From Catajapyx aquilonaris (lineage: Eukaryota), in assembly GCA_000934665.2 (NCBI GenBank), contig JYFJ02001619.1:1-64000 (forward strand): a stretch of DNA of 64,000 bases, written 5' to 3'. This document shows positions 13,550 through 26,825 of this stretch, piece by piece (within the stretch, counting starts at the first letter, position 1; each line of letters opens with the position of its first letter). The notes below the pieces were generated by a model that made no database searches, was not told the DNA's origin, and saw only the letters and a program-made list of their open reading frames with translations. Both the position numbers and the translations under genes were made by a program.

Positions 13550-14618
13550 TCCTTGATCTTTATGATCAGAAACAAAATTAAGATTTGAATTATTATATTA
13601 ATTTGTCCAAAATGCTAATTATTGCCACACTAGGCTAAATGAGTTCCGCAATTAGCATTTGCACTATTGAGTGAGAATGAAGGCATAGGGCAATACTGAA
13701 AGCATCTCTCTTGCAGTACGCTGGTGAGACGAGTGCGCAACCGCCCACTGGCAGAAGCAGTGTAACGCTCCAGAATATAATTATGACCTGTCCCGGATAG
13801 CTGACAATTAGCCGATTTCAAAGGTCGCGAGAGCGAATCAAGCCGCCGACTCTAGCATGATCATAATGGATTTAGGTCTCATTTAGAGCATCGAGTATTA
13901 TGAAGGTGTTGTTTGTACAGGCTCAGCCAGATGGGGTTTAATTGAGGCTGCGTAAGAATGCCGATGAGAGTCTGGCTCCATGGTTGCAAGGTGACTACTA
14001 TCCCTAGCAAAAGTTTAGCCCCTCTCTTCCCATGGAAATAGGACCGAGTGTGCTTTGGCTCGGAAAAGTCGCGGTTGAGCTGTGTCTGCCACTCAACGCC
14101 CATCTCCTTCCATCCTCCTCCAAGAGAGGAATCTAATTTCCAAGCTATTGGCACAGAAGCTTTGGAAGGTAATTACCGAGTCGGTGAACCCGATAAGTAA
14201 ACGAGACATTCTTAATTATCTGTGGGAAGACGGAGCATTAAAAGTAATGAAGTTGGCGGCAGGGGCCCTGCCCCCCAAAAGAGCGTCAAAGGGTCAGCAG
14301 GGGGGTAGGGAAGAGTTAAATGCGACAAAGTGCCGCTTCTATTCCCGACCATCTCCAACGCTCATCAAGGGCATCGTTTAGTACCTTTCCCATGACCCCA
14401 TCCTATTTAATTTGACAAACTTCTCGCAGTTTAAGCTCTAATGTTGGCACTCTAATTGTTCCGAAATATAGTAGCGGATGCAAATTCCACTCATTTGAAT
14501 TCCTCAGTAAGCTTAATACCATAAGAGAAGTTGATTACACAATGTGTTCCAAAAGGTGTAATCCTGCCACTTTTCAGCCATGAGCAATGTAGGTAGGTAA
14601 ATATCATGAAAAAAAACA

Positions 14619-14767
14619 ATCTGGCAATTTTCAGAAAGGGACACCTAGCAGCACCTCCTCTCCCTCCCGACCAATGAGCTCTAAGTATTTCATCTGATCC
14701 TGCCTCTGATTGGTGCTTTATGAAACGACATCATACGTCACGTCCCTTTCTGAAAATTGTTAGACTC
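14619..14767. mobile_element. small inverted-repeat element (MITE-like) containing CCAAT/ATTGG
   Basis: Perfect 18-bp IR CAATTTTCAGAAAGGGAC (14625-14642) / GTCCCTTTCTGAAAATTG (14742-14759). Confidence 0.55.
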
Positions 14768-15237
14768 GAGAAGAGTGCACGTGACAACTATGAAAGAAGA
14801 TGTGAAGACGCATCTCCACGACCAACTGCCCCAGAGAGCCAATCGGACTCACGTGCGTTCGTGAGATTTATGCCGATACGGATGAGAGCTAAATTATGTA
14901 ACACAACAATAAATTGAATCGTTGTCAATTGCCACGCTCTTGTTACATCAACAAGAGCACTATAATATTCCAATGCAAATACAAACCATGTATCACAACA
15001 TTTCCATATATGCAGGGGACTCGAGTCAGGCGATAATGCGTGCTTACAAGTGGGACACAATAATTATATTAGACGACGTTCATCAAAATATACAAAATAA
15101 ACAATAAGAAAATAACTTGACGAAAAGGTCAAAATCATTGTGATATATTACAAGTAACAAACACAATTCCATCTTATTGCTAACAGCAACGGAAGTGGTC
15201 AGTTATGTAGAAAGTGCTTACGACAATTTCTGTATAA

Positions 15238-15532
15238 TCTATATAAATAAAGCCGTTTGTGAGTCTGTCTGTCTGTCTGTCCGCCTGCCAACCGTCATTT
15301 ACCTGCCATCTGTGCTCCACCCCCAGGCCGGGAGAGGATGGAGGTGTTGGCAAATGATGGCAGGCAAATGACGGTTGCCGTTATACAGGCGGGAGAGGTT
15401 GAAGGTGTTGGAGTAGCAGGACCACAGATGGCATTGGTGGGCGGGCACACAGAAAGACAGACAGTTGACGGGGTTGGCAGGTGTTTTCCCTTCATTCATT
15501 TCTTCCCGGGCAACGCCGGTGTTTGATTACAG
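15238..15532 (+). mobile_element. non-autonomous Helitron-like element
   Basis: A|TCTATATAAATAAA start followed by (GTCT)n; 3' GC hairpin CCCGGGCAACGCCGG about 12 bp before ..AG|T; the canonical CTAG end is degenerate; no TSD. Confidence 0.7.
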
Positions 15533-15952
15533 TTTTTGATCCTGATTTCGGGGTTGGGCTTACAAACAAAGAAAACTACCTTGTTATGCTTCCTAGTGTC
15601 CCCGAGACCCTCTCATGGGCATCCATCTGATTCAAGCCATATTCCGACATAGAAGTAAATCCGTTTTACAAAAATTGCATTTGAATGTCTACGGCGAAGT
15701 TGTCCGCAAGCACAATAGTAAGCGACTTGAAACACTTCTCCCCAGAGAATCCACTGACCCTTTTCCCCGGCTGAGTGTCATTTGAGCTTATTAATGTGAC
15801 TTGAATCCAATCTTACCTAGTAGACATTCTAATTTTCAAGCAGCTATAGTTTTATGTACAGCCATAAAAACATAAAAAAGTGTATAATTGAATGGCCCAG
15901 TAGAATGACCAAATTCCAAAGTAATTTTGAATGGAATAGAAGCTAATATAAT

Positions 15953-16147
15953 GGCAAGGACGTTCGTAATGGAAGACCGAGTGTGGCAGGGGTAGGGGCA
16001 CGCTGCACCAACCTACGACATGATCTAACCTTCTTTCCCAGCGGATACATACCTAATCTTCAGCGGATTCAGGGTTAACCTTCAGCAAATACACGCCTAT
16101 AGGAAATTAGGTGAAAGTGCGGGGTCTCCTGTTATGAAAGCATAGCC
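15953..16147 (+). mobile_element. subterminal-IR element with internal 22-bp repeats, copy 1 (3 units)
   Basis: Homologous to 26826, 41999 and 57007; TTCGTAATGGAAGAC ... GTCTCCTGTTATGAAAG subterminal IR; CAGCGGATAC.. units. Confidence 0.85.
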
Positions 16148-19100
16148 ATCGAATGCTCATCTGCTCGTAAAATGGGTGTCACAAATATATACCTCTTAAT
16201 GTTTGGATGCTTCTTTCAGGCTTATACAATGTTAACTTATCTGTAACTATAGTAATTATTTAGTTTTGAGTGTAATATTTTCTAATTCCTGGAATTCGGC
16301 GCTATTTCTTCATTGCAATTTGACCTATCAGTGTGTCTTGTAATTTTGGCCAATATATTTTTTAAAGGTATAAATCAACAGCGTGCTATGGCAGCCCGGG
16401 TTTTTATGCAGCGGATACGAGTAAGGAAACTGAATATATAACGTTTCCGAGTATCAGTCAGTGATTTTCACATGCAAAGGCGACTCACATACCTGGTTTG
16501 ACGTTTTTTTAAAAACTTCTTCCTTTAAAGTACTCTTATACACGGCTTGCGTCAGAGTTTTACGGCATCCAGAGCATGTCCGCCATAAATCCCCCTGTGA
16601 CCTAGTGGAATTTCACGAGGAGGTATTTAAGGAAAGAAAGGCAATTTCAGTCACTAGATACTGTGACCTTTCCACTTTTGAGCGGAGAAACAAAAAGACC
16701 CACTGAGGTCCGAATAATGCATGAGAAGTTTCCTGGGAGACCGAGCTAACGGGAAACGGACTTGGACTCTCAATGTTTCCAGCAGATCGATTCCGCGGCT
16801 AGGGCATACGTACAAGGCGATTTCTCAAACACTATGACAAAAAAACGAAGCCGACTGATCCAGCATGTTTTTGCTATGATCATTTGTCCGCTTTTCTGTC
16901 CTACAATATATTATATTGCCAACAACTTTCGGGTGAAAAAAATCGTGCAAATTCATAGCAAGAGCCTGAAAATGATTCGAAATAGCAAGGGTATGACTGT
17001 GACTCCAGGACTTCACGAGGACCATGGTAGTAGTAATGTTACTGAAGATATCAGTAGATTCACCTCCCAGCATTTCTACGGAGCAATATTTTCATTGAAT
17101 TATGGCTCATCAACCAATATTTTGGTCAAAATGCCTATATCTACATAAAATGCCTCCTATAAGTATAGATATTTGGTCACGTAGGCGGTAGGCCATCCTA
17201 TAAGTGGGTGTTGTATTTCCACTTTCATCACTCCTATATCACCTAATCCTAATGAACCAAATCAATCCGGTAGATGGCGACGCATCAAGCGTGCCCTCTC
17301 ATCTGATCCCCACCACTCTTACCCCATCTATAGTAGCCGAATTCAGCCCTTGAAACTGACCAGACTATGCCTCTTTTTTTGTTGTTTTGCTCCCAGCTAG
17401 TGGGAGAGGAGGTGGTAGAGTTGACCGCCACATTAGGCTGAAACACGGCTTCGGGGTTTGGCCTAGGTTTACCTTGCCACCGGCCATACAAGCCCTAGGC
17501 TCCCGACAAGGTTAATTAGTCGCGGTCACTTCCCCTCAAGGGTGACCTAATTAAGGTTAGGGCGTCGTGTCGAGAACAGGCCTCTCACCGGTCCTGTGGC
17601 TACCTCCTTAACCAAGCCTTACCCCAAGGGCAACCCTATCCTTGTACGTGAAGAGACGTGGTCCGCATGTAGGTCAGGAAAAGCCTAGCAAAGTTTTGGA
17701 AAGCTTCGAGTACTATAAAGCAACTATGGAGAATATGCTTCCATCCATGCATCCATGCTTCTCATAAGGTAATAATTCATGCACTGTTCGCATGCAAATT
17801 GTATCAGTGCAAGTCTCATTCGTCTAATTATCTTACAAACAACTTGGAACGAACATGACAATGGAATTAGTCAACCGCTGCGGGATATATTGCCTCGTCA
17901 AATCCTGTCGCCAGCAGTTACTGTCCCATTCCTTCAAATCAAAGCTCCAAAGTAATTTACTGCATTAGCGGATGCTATGCTGATGGGGCTGCTCTGTGGA
18001 AGCGTGTGAAATAAAGCGGAAAACAGGAATTTCCCTGCTGCAGCACCGCTTGCTCGATTATTAAGAAATATACATGCAGTCTATATGGTTGTTTTTGGCA
18101 AAGAAACCCAGCATTCTGGATTGAAGTTTCAAGCAGCACTTTCCACGCTCTGATCGTTCGTCTCTGTCTGACTTGCGTGCTCTCTAGAGCGTATCCAGCT
18201 TTTCTGGAGGGCAAGGCACATCCCTAGCGTCTTAAAAATCTAGAGTAATTGTAGGCCTAATATTGTTTGAGAATTGCCTGCAGACCTTGTTGTACTCATA
18301 CAAAATGTAGGTATCGAGCTTGGGAAAGGGTCTTACGTTTTTAACAACTTAGTAGAACTACTGAAGCTGTAGGCTATGTTTGGCAAGCTGCTTATAGAAA
18401 GTGATGATGCCCATAACTACAGTATGTTTAAAAGGCGTCTGGGCAGAAATTTATTAGCATATTATACTTACCCCAAGGAGAGAAGAGAGTATATGAAGAC
18501 CTGTTATGTAGAAACATCGTGCAATGAAACCCATGGCACTTTATAATATTGTCAGGTCAGTTTTCCAACAAGGCAATGATTGTTCCCTAAGAACTGGTTG
18601 AAAAGAAATAATCTCATTAGGTATAATGAAATCTTCGTCCTGTATACCACATCTTCATCCTATACAGTATATCCATATTTATTCATGTACAAAGTATTTG
18701 CCCGCTCAAATGAAGTTGTAAAAAATTGAGTACAGCTTTTATTGACAATTCGCCAAGAGCGTGAACAAAGATTGTAAAGAGCATATTCACATGCTGGCAT
18801 GAAGGTAATGATGCAGAAAAGCGCGTATAATTGGGAAAATGACCAGCATCAGGAATTACAGCGCATCAATCATTTCTATCACCTCTCACTACCAATTGGT
18901 GCACTCAAATGTCGAAACAATAGCTGTATTTTCTCTCTTACTCTTAATCACTACCCAGTCAGTACCAACAGCATAATAGGGAGCATACCTGGATATAACG
19001 TCGTTTTGTGGACAAAAAAATGAAGGTTTGATTTGGAACCTATAGCAGTGCTGATGATAGGCTTTCAACGAGAAGCACGTGAGTACAAGACCGCATCGTC

Positions 19101-20316
19101 ATTACCACTCCCTCTCTCACCCCATTTCAAAACTTCCCCCTTCGAACGTGTTTCTGACATGAACTGAACCAGTGTTAGGTGAAAACTGGCACCAGGGATA
19201 TATGCATTGGCTTATTGCGTGGTGTGGAGTGGGCTTATCTCAGTTTTTCCGAAAATTGATTTACGGAGTTTTTGAATGGAGATCGTTAATTGGACTAGAG
19301 AGTGTTCGGTTCTCGCCTACCCTTCTAATGAAGTTCATCTCACTTGACTACAGAAGAAGCCAAATTAGTTTTCATCAAAAGTGAGAACATTTCACCATCC
19401 GGCCCATCCTTCCGGAGAGGTCTGCTCCAAACAATATAACTAGTAAGGAAACCACGCACAATGCTGTAGGACTTACAGTACGTATGACAACAAAGTCCCT
19501 ACTATACCTGTGGAGCTGCCAGGCTTGAATCAGGACACAATCTAAGTTTTGATCTCTGCCAGGAAGGATTGGCAACAGTACCAAAATCGACTAGTATTTT
19601 TCACGCCAAACCTATTTTTCTAGTTGACCGTCCCTTTAAGGTTGATCGTCTTAGCATGGAAACGACCCGGAAGAACACGTACCCCCTTTGAGAACATTTG
19701 GCAAACTTTGTAGCGACTTGGGTCAAGAAAAGAAAGTTGCGTTTGAATGAAGCTGGAAGAGAGGGAAGGGCCTCTTTCTTTGCTTCCAACTTCTGAGCTC
19801 TGACAAACGCTTGAGTGATTGCAGTAGAACGGAGGGAGTACTTCATCCGAGAGACGAACCTTTTGTTAAACTTTATGGATCGCTTGGCCCCGCAAATGTA
19901 AGCCCCTTTAAGTTCAAAAACGAAACATGAAATTTGAGCTTTGTCAGGCAAATATCGGGGAGTGATGATAGACCATTTCCACGTCAAGCGGGAATATTGC
20001 CCACCTTGTCAAAATCTCGTGTTACCCTAGATGCCGGCTGCACCACCGCCTAAAGGGAAAAGATAAGCAGGAAAAGCTCTACCCGCATCCTCGCTCAAAG
20101 GAAGACTCCAACAATACGAACAAAACGGCGCTGCCTTCAGATTGTCTGGGCATTTCTCAGGTTATCAGGTAATTTCGTCTTAAAGCTTCGTTGCAAATGA
20201 CAAGTATTATTGAATAAGCCTAGTAATCATGTACGCCCAAAACTGCATCCTAATTAAGCTGAAAATTATTTTCTTCGCTTATGACAGGTATGCAGTATTG
20301 TATATGCTGCCATAAA

Positions 20317-20641
20317 CTGCTGTTGTACCCCGTGCTAGGGCCCTAGGCCATCTTAGGGGAGTGGAATACCACCATTCGGTGCCGGGGATAGGATAGATAT
20401 AATGAGGTGGGGGGACACTGGTGCAAGTGTAATGTCTCATGGTGGGGGTCGTATGCAGTCCCTCAGGGAGCTCGTTCGCCATGATGACCCCACTAGATGC
20501 GGATCAGAAACTCCCCACAGACACCGCACCTCCTCATGGACGGGACAAGGAAAGGAAAGGAAGGAAGCGGCTGTGGCCTATTATTTAGGAAACAATCCCG
20601 GAATTCTCCTGGGGGAACCGTGGAAAACCACAGAAAACGGT
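20317..20641 (-). mobile_element. 5'-truncated SINE (body + core + shared 3' tail)
   Basis: Minus strand: TTTTCTGTGGTTTTCC..TAGGCCACAGCCGCTTCCTTCC body (as in 21897 and 55542), core GACATTACACTTGCACC (20420-20436), tail GGTGGTATTCCACTCCCCC..AGCACGGGGTA; no tRNA head seen. Confidence 0.8.
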
Positions 20642-20660
20642 ACGTCACTGAATAACATGC

Positions 20661-20824
20661 TACTAGTACAAACAGACCTGAACCAGGTTTATCCTGACAG
20701 GTAGGCCACCCGCACCACCCCACCGACGCTAAACATGCTTGGAAAGTAGCTCAAGGGGTGGGGATGGCCTACATTTCAGAATAAAACTGATTCGAGTCTG
20801 ATACCCTCATTGTGCTAGTGACTG
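20661..20824. mobile_element. MITE, second copy of the 13368 family (left end eroded)
   Basis: CAGACCTGAACCAGGTTTATCCTGA..GGTAGGCC and right end TACCCTCATTGTGCTAGTGACTG|TA. Confidence 0.75.
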
Positions 20825-21761
20825 TACAGTACAACGTAGTCTTGACATTATAGCGTAACACTGGCACGGGAAAAATGCGTCTTTTCGAAGAAAAAAAAAG
20901 ACAAGTGGTTTCCTACAACTCAAGTTCTCCGTGTGCCGGTATCCTGCACTGAGCAATAAATCATAATGGCCCATTCATATAAAGGAACGATTTTTAGCCC
21001 TTTTCCAATTCGCAGTCCACTTAGCTGAGAACATCTCCAAGACCCACTTTAGTATCGGGGGGATGGGGAAGTGGGGATGAGGGTAGGGGAAGCAGCGCGA
21101 ACTACAGACCCCCGCAGTATATCCTAAATATTTCACATTCTCCCAACCCCCCTTCCCGATAAAATCTGATGCGAATGCAGCCCTACAGGTGCAGGGAATT
21201 TATAAATAAACTACGTATTGCTGCCATCTGGCGCCTGGAAGGGTGGCAATAAGCGAGACAAGAGAGACACATAGGTTATCTGACTCCCAGGATACAGATC
21301 AGTGCAAAAGCGGAGAGAAAGCCCATGTAGAGCCGGCCCATACTGTGCTACAGATTTGAGTACGCGGTCTCTATTATTGATTCGTTATGATCAGAGCTTC
21401 AACAATGCGCACAGATTTTGCTGTTTCATGTGACCGCCACATGATTTTTTAAATGCAGCGCAATTGGTGTAATTGCAGTTTTCAGGCCTCAACAAAATTG
21501 CATTATATTATAGTTCATTATATACCGAATATTGAAGGCTGCAGCCTGATCCGTAACATACATGATAAAAATTGCATTTTGTAATAAATACAGTACCCAC
21601 ATCCTAACTTCTGGAAAAAAATTACACATGTCCTATATATATTGCGACCTGGGTGGTAGGGTTTCAAAAGAGAATTTCTTTTTTACAGCAGTGTATCAAC
21701 CGATCTGATTGGTGGAGCAGAGGCCCCTCACCCTCTGTTCCACCAATCAGATCCCTTAGGG

Positions 21762-22434
21762 CAGGGGTTCCCAACCTGGGAGACGTGGCCCCCCAAGGGG
21801 GCCGTGGAGCAGGTCCAGGGGGGCCGTGAGAGGCATTGTACAGTACCATATTTGGTAAATATACAGTATTTCTTGTATTGTTTGGCTGCTTCATTATTTA
21901 TTTATTTATTTATTTATTTTGGTTCCCCCTTGAGTCCAATTGGTCAATGCAGGGGGAGGAGATCTCCTCCATTTTCTAAACTTTTCAATCTCACCGGTGC
22001 AGGGACAGGGAAGGGATAGGGAGGGAGGAACAAAGGTGCAGTGCATTGTCCTGTGGTGGGGGCCGTGTGCAGTGCCTCAGGGGGCCAAGCTTAGACACCC
22101 CCCTAGGCGCAGCCGGAAGCTCCCCACCGAACACCGCGCCTCCCCCAGGGCAGGGAAAGTAAGGAAGCGGCTGTGGCCTATTTAACGGTACGATCCCGGG
22201 ATTTCCCTGGGGTGACCTTGGAAAACCACAGAAAACCAATGTCAGGATTTCCGGCCTCCGGGACTCGAACCCAGGACCTCCCGATTAGTAGTCGGACACC
22301 ATATCCACTACACCACTACTGCTTCGGTGTTTGGCTGCTTCATTAAAGATTTATGTATATAACTTTTGCAAGGGGGCCGTGGAGTTTTAGGTGATTTGGG
22401 GGGGTCGCGGGTGCAAAAAGGTTGGGAACCCCTG
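21762..22434. mobile_element. non-autonomous hAT (Charlie-like) element
   Basis: 16-bp TIR CAGGGGTTCCCAACCT / AGGTTGGGAACCCCTG; 8-bp TSD CCTTAGGG / GCTTAGGG (7/8). Confidence 0.9.
21897..22327 (-). mobile_element. tRNA-derived SINE with (AAAT)n tail
   Basis: Minus-strand head CCGAAGCAGTAGTGGTGTAGTGG..GGTTCGAGTCCC; 18-bp TSD TGTTTGGCTGCTTCATTA (21879-21896, 22328-22345); same head as 55542. Confidence 0.93.
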
Positions 22435-24336
22435 GCTTAGGGTGTGTGGAGTTGAGTGGAAGGAGAAAGGTCGCCTAATCCCTTTTTGAGAAGTTATGCT
22501 TGGGTACTGTAATTTGATACGTTTTAAAACCACAAATTGTTATTCCTGCGAACTGCGAATATGCATCACTAACACAACACGCCAAATCCAAACATGATAT
22601 CTCCTCTAAAGCTGCAAACTCTGCAAAGCAAAGCCCAGAACCGCAGCCGAATTATACACCGCATTTGGATTCTCGTGGTAACCACTGTCTTTCATAGCAA
22701 CTTCTGATGTTCAGCTTGAAGCCATTCCCAGCACATTCACGGCTCGAATTCTCTGCATTTGTGTATACGAGTTACCTACATACAATATTGGTCTAGCAGC
22801 GCATCACTAGGCACTGCGCATCACAAAGTGCATTCAACCTACTTGCCTGCTGGGTACAATAAAAAAGTCAAAGTTTTCGTCGCTGACTCCGATTCTGGAG
22901 ACGATAATGGGGCTAGGGTTAGAGGATAAGGGGCAGATATGAGACTGCAGTATCGGTTGTGCATCATGGAAGAACAGACACGAGCATCCATTTGGGGAAA
23001 CGAGGAACCGACGAAAGGCGACCTCGCTGTGTGAAGATGGGCAGAACGAATCAAGTTTCCGTTGGAACCAATTACTCTTTCAGTGACACGACGCTTACTC
23101 TGCAGCATCGGCCAGTGAGGAGAGATTAGCCTATTTGTACACCACAAAGTGCATTGTACACTATAGGGTCTTCCCATTACCCCAACGTTGGGGCTTGTAA
23201 AGTACCGACTTGGCATCCACATTGCATTAATTTTCTAGGGGCGTGCGGGGATGGGAGGGATGGGGCTTGTAGAGCCCAAAGTCTATGTCGGGGAGGGGAG
23301 GGGCGGGGAGAGTTCAATTAGACTCATTTGGGTCCTGATGAAGCCCGGTGTCCATGGATTGAACAAGCTGGTGGCTACGCTTGAGGTCGGCTGCATAAGG
23401 GGACGAGCTTCATTTGACGGTATTAGCCCTTTGTCCAATAGTGCGGTTATGAGCCGGCCACTTTGGAAGCAGGCGGCCATTTTTTTTTACCAATAAGATT
23501 CGAGCCCATTGTCCCTATATCACTACTGGCAGAACTTATTTTACTCATACCTCAATATTTAGGCTTATTTTATACATGAGTGATTACAGAATTTGGTTAA
23601 ATAAAGGACAATGTTGAAAAATAGTTTTTCACGCCTTTTGTTTCGCAATTTTTTTTAAACATTTTGAAGGTTCTATAAAGAAAGAGGAACGATGCTGCAA
23701 TGTATGTCGTCACATAGTGTCTCAGAGGATTTTATTTTCACGTCATACGTGGCGTCATAATTCGACGTACAGTATACCGGTACAGTATATCTGCTCAGAA
23801 CCCCTAGTCTGCTACCACATTCATAGCAGTAATGCCATCATCCTCTACATTCTATACGCAGTACAAGGCCAAACCCGACATATGGTACGTGTACTGTATA
23901 TTTTTGAAATTTAAAGTGCCACTTGTGCAGCAGCCACATACGGTACTACTGTTTAAAATTTAGCGACAGAGCCATTGTTGCTTCACTAATTATAATAATT
24001 TTGAGTCATCAAGTGGAGTAACCAATGATGTCCAGTGAAATAAGCATCAGTACATAACCTTATGTTGTTTCTTTGTTTCATTCACATCTCTATGATTCTC
24101 ATGGAAGTATACACAATCCAGACTGATTTATGCTTCGGCAGAAATGAGGGCTGTGGGGGGAAAACAAGATAACTGACAAAGGAGTAATTTTTCAGGAGAG
24201 CGAATTTAAGTTTGCACTCTTGTCACAAATCAGCATATTACCTCAACTTGTAACACTGGGTTTTATTATATTGCCTGACTTTCTGTCTTGTTGTCCATAA
24301 CTTTCGGAACACTTATTCCTGTAATTAATGGAGATA

Positions 24337-25851
24337 CAGGGTGTAACAAAAGTTTCCGCGGCTACTTCCGCCTCAATGACTCATGGATGACGTAATCGTA
24401 GATAAAAAAATCCATATCTCACCAACGGCTCGTGTTAGCCCTGTGCTTCATATATCATTCGAATCGCATTGAAAGGCCGCTTCCGCCAGATCCACTGCGC
24501 AGCTCCCATAGTCTAGGCCGTGCGTAGCATAACAGCTATAACTATTTCTGTGCAGCTACTCGGGAATCATAAAAAAACGATGCGGTGAAGTTTACGGGTT
24601 CAAAGAACGATTATATGCAAACTGCAGCTTAGAAACCAGTCTAATTAATTGCTAAATTCCCATAATTGTGCTAAGCTTCATACAATCTCTATCGCTGTGC
24701 AAAGTCGCAAAGATCATTTTCCAATATAGCCACCTTGTAGCCAGCGGAAATGCCACAGACGAGTAGGTTGAACAAAGGCTACTACTAACGGTTTGCTACA
24801 CCACTCTCCTTAATCACAACACAGAAGAGAAGAATTTGATAATTAATCAAAAAAAAAAAATCAAATGGGGTTGTATGAGGTCCCGGCTGGTTCGCCAGGG
24901 ACGGTACTCTCTTCCTCGAGCGGTCCTCGGACCTGACTCGCATTTCTTGGTCGGACGGGGTGCTTGGGAGAATATCCCACCCCCGTCCCTGGGTTGGACC
25001 CGGCATTGCAGTACAGCCGGGGCCAGCCCTCCTCTCCCCCACCCTTCTCACCCACCCCTACCTTGCAATCCCACACCTTCCTCTCCTACCCCCGGCTGCC
25101 AAGGTTCGACTCAGACAGAGCCATACAAGCTGGGTAACCCTTCCTACCAACCAACCAACCAAACCGACAAAGCACTCGAGCATGTGATTTTTGTGGTGAA
25201 TTATTCCGCTGGGTTTGCTTGTGAATATGCCGAAACCCGCATTCCCTTAGGATTGATAGATTCTTTGCAAAAAAATAGAAAAAAAATAAACAGAAAAAGA
25301 AAGAAAGTGAGTGTCCGTAAATCACGCACACGTCGTCGGGCAGAGGGTTAATAATTTTTTAATTAACATAAGGTGTATATGTATATGAGTTAAACATGTA
25401 TTCAGACATGGAAGGATGTATGGTGTGTTAATATATTCAGTATGCATACCATTATTGTCTCTCCAAGACTGAGCTACACCTCTTCTCAAACTGTCTACAA
25501 GTTTGAATGTACATCTCGTGTGACAGTTGCTAATTCCTTCTCTTATTATTAACTGGTCATGATTTTTTGGCCTGGCTTGCTTACAGACACTGTCTTACAC
25601 AGGGCACACAATTATCAGACATTGAGAACAAAGCACTTGCAAGGAATCTTCATGACAGACAACACTTGCATTGCACACCTCTCATGAGCACAAAAGCAGA
25701 GTCAGTGCATGAGGATATGGATGGGAAAATCAGTCACACAGGGGATTATGGGATTAAAATATCAACATAAAAGATGACAGGTAACCTTAAAAAACTGAGA
25801 ATTTTCCCTATGTATAATATTGACTGGGCCAGAAACCTTTGTTACACCCTG
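24337..25851. mobile_element. 1.5-kb TA-flanked non-autonomous Tc1/mariner-type element nested in the Sola-like element
   Basis: TA|CAGGGTGTAACAAAAGTTTC versus reverse complement of the right end CAGGGTGTAACAAAGGTTTC (19/20), followed by TA; no transposase recognised inside. Confidence 0.75.
24866..25165 (+). mobile_element. probable retroposon (SINE-like) fragment with (CCAA)n tail
   Basis: GC-rich insert in AT-rich context; core-like GGCATTGCAGTACAGCC (25002-25018) followed by a C-rich tract as in the other SINEs; ends in (ACCA)n; no clear TSD or head. Confidence 0.4.
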
Positions 25852-26825
25852 TATTAAATGGAAGAATGCGAAGCGCATAAAAATTGGGTCAGTTATCGTG
25901 TTTTTCCCTTTGCGGAAGTGCCTGAAAACGTGGCATGTTGGTTATCATGTAGCCCGTGTTGCCGTCTGGTGCATGATATGTGAACTTTGAGTATACCAAA
26001 ATGTTTGTCATGTCTTTTACATAGTTTCTAGGTGTTTAGTTCAAAAATGACAAAAATGTCAGTTATCATGTTTTCCCCCCCCCCAGCCCTCAAATAATAT
26101 GCATCAACGCCACAAGCACAGGCTGATGTTACCCAAACTGTATACATTTAAAAAGGAGTTTATCAAAACCTGCCTACGATACAACTCATCAGTTCTTATA
26201 CTTGAATATTCGGTACGTTCTAAGTTCGACTTATCATCCTCGCGTATCTTTCCATTCCTACGACTTCTCATACCTTGCATCCCCTACCCCTATACTCCTT
26301 TCCTACTACGTACTGAGTTGTGGCCCGCCCTGCCCTTTCTACTTAATTATCCTTCATTCCAACTGGAGCAAAAGTAATTAGAGGAAAAGCCCATTGTTGT
26401 GAATGAACTGTAAGTAAAGGGATTTGCAGTTGTAGTGTTGAATGCAGTGGCATTGCCTTGGAAGGGTAGGCACCAAGCACCGAGGAGGAATCGTCGGAGT
26501 GCATTTACACAGCCCTTTCTGATTCCGTTGACGGATGGATGATGTTGGATCCAATAAGGGAGAATAAGAAACCCGAGGTCTCAGCTCATGTGTGTATGTC
26601 TGCAGTAAAACAGGGCTTACTGTACGACATAGGAGTTTGTCAACAGACAAGCTTTCTTCCGAGCAATTCTATTCTCGATTGTGAGGAGGAAGCAGAGTAT
26701 GACTGTTCAATAATGAGTGGCAGGTTCGGAGATATAAAACTGCAATGAGCAGGTGGAACAGAGCAAATGTGCAGTACACAATTGAGAATCGACTCGCCCG
26801 GAGAAGAACTTGTCTTTTCGCAGAC

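Larger units (their letters stand above)
21591..22509. mobile_element. TA-flanked MITE (CAGTACCCA termini), host of nested hAT and SINE
   Basis: TA|CAGTACCCA..TAACTTCT and AGAAGTTATGCTTGGGTACTG|TA; removing the insert gives a sequence colinear with 49261-49471. Confidence 0.85.
24146..26091. mobile_element. Sola-like non-autonomous DNA transposon (GAG termini, 4-bp TSD), interrupted
   Basis: ~33-bp TIR GAGGGCTGTGGGGGGAAAACAAGATAACTGACA / TGTCAGTTATCATGTTTTCCCCCCCCCCAGCCCTC; TSD AAAT (24142-24145, 26092-26095); subterminal GTCAGTTATC motif repeated at 25888. Confidence 0.75.

Noticed and set aside
23330..23420. CTGATGA motifs (also 36531 minus and 38168) as hammerhead or twister ribozyme cores
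   Set aside because: No correctly placed stem II-GAAA or flanking stems found.
24836..25351. Longest ORF in the track (171 aa)
   Set aside because: Non-ATG start, lies within nested repeats, low complexity and no recognisable domain.
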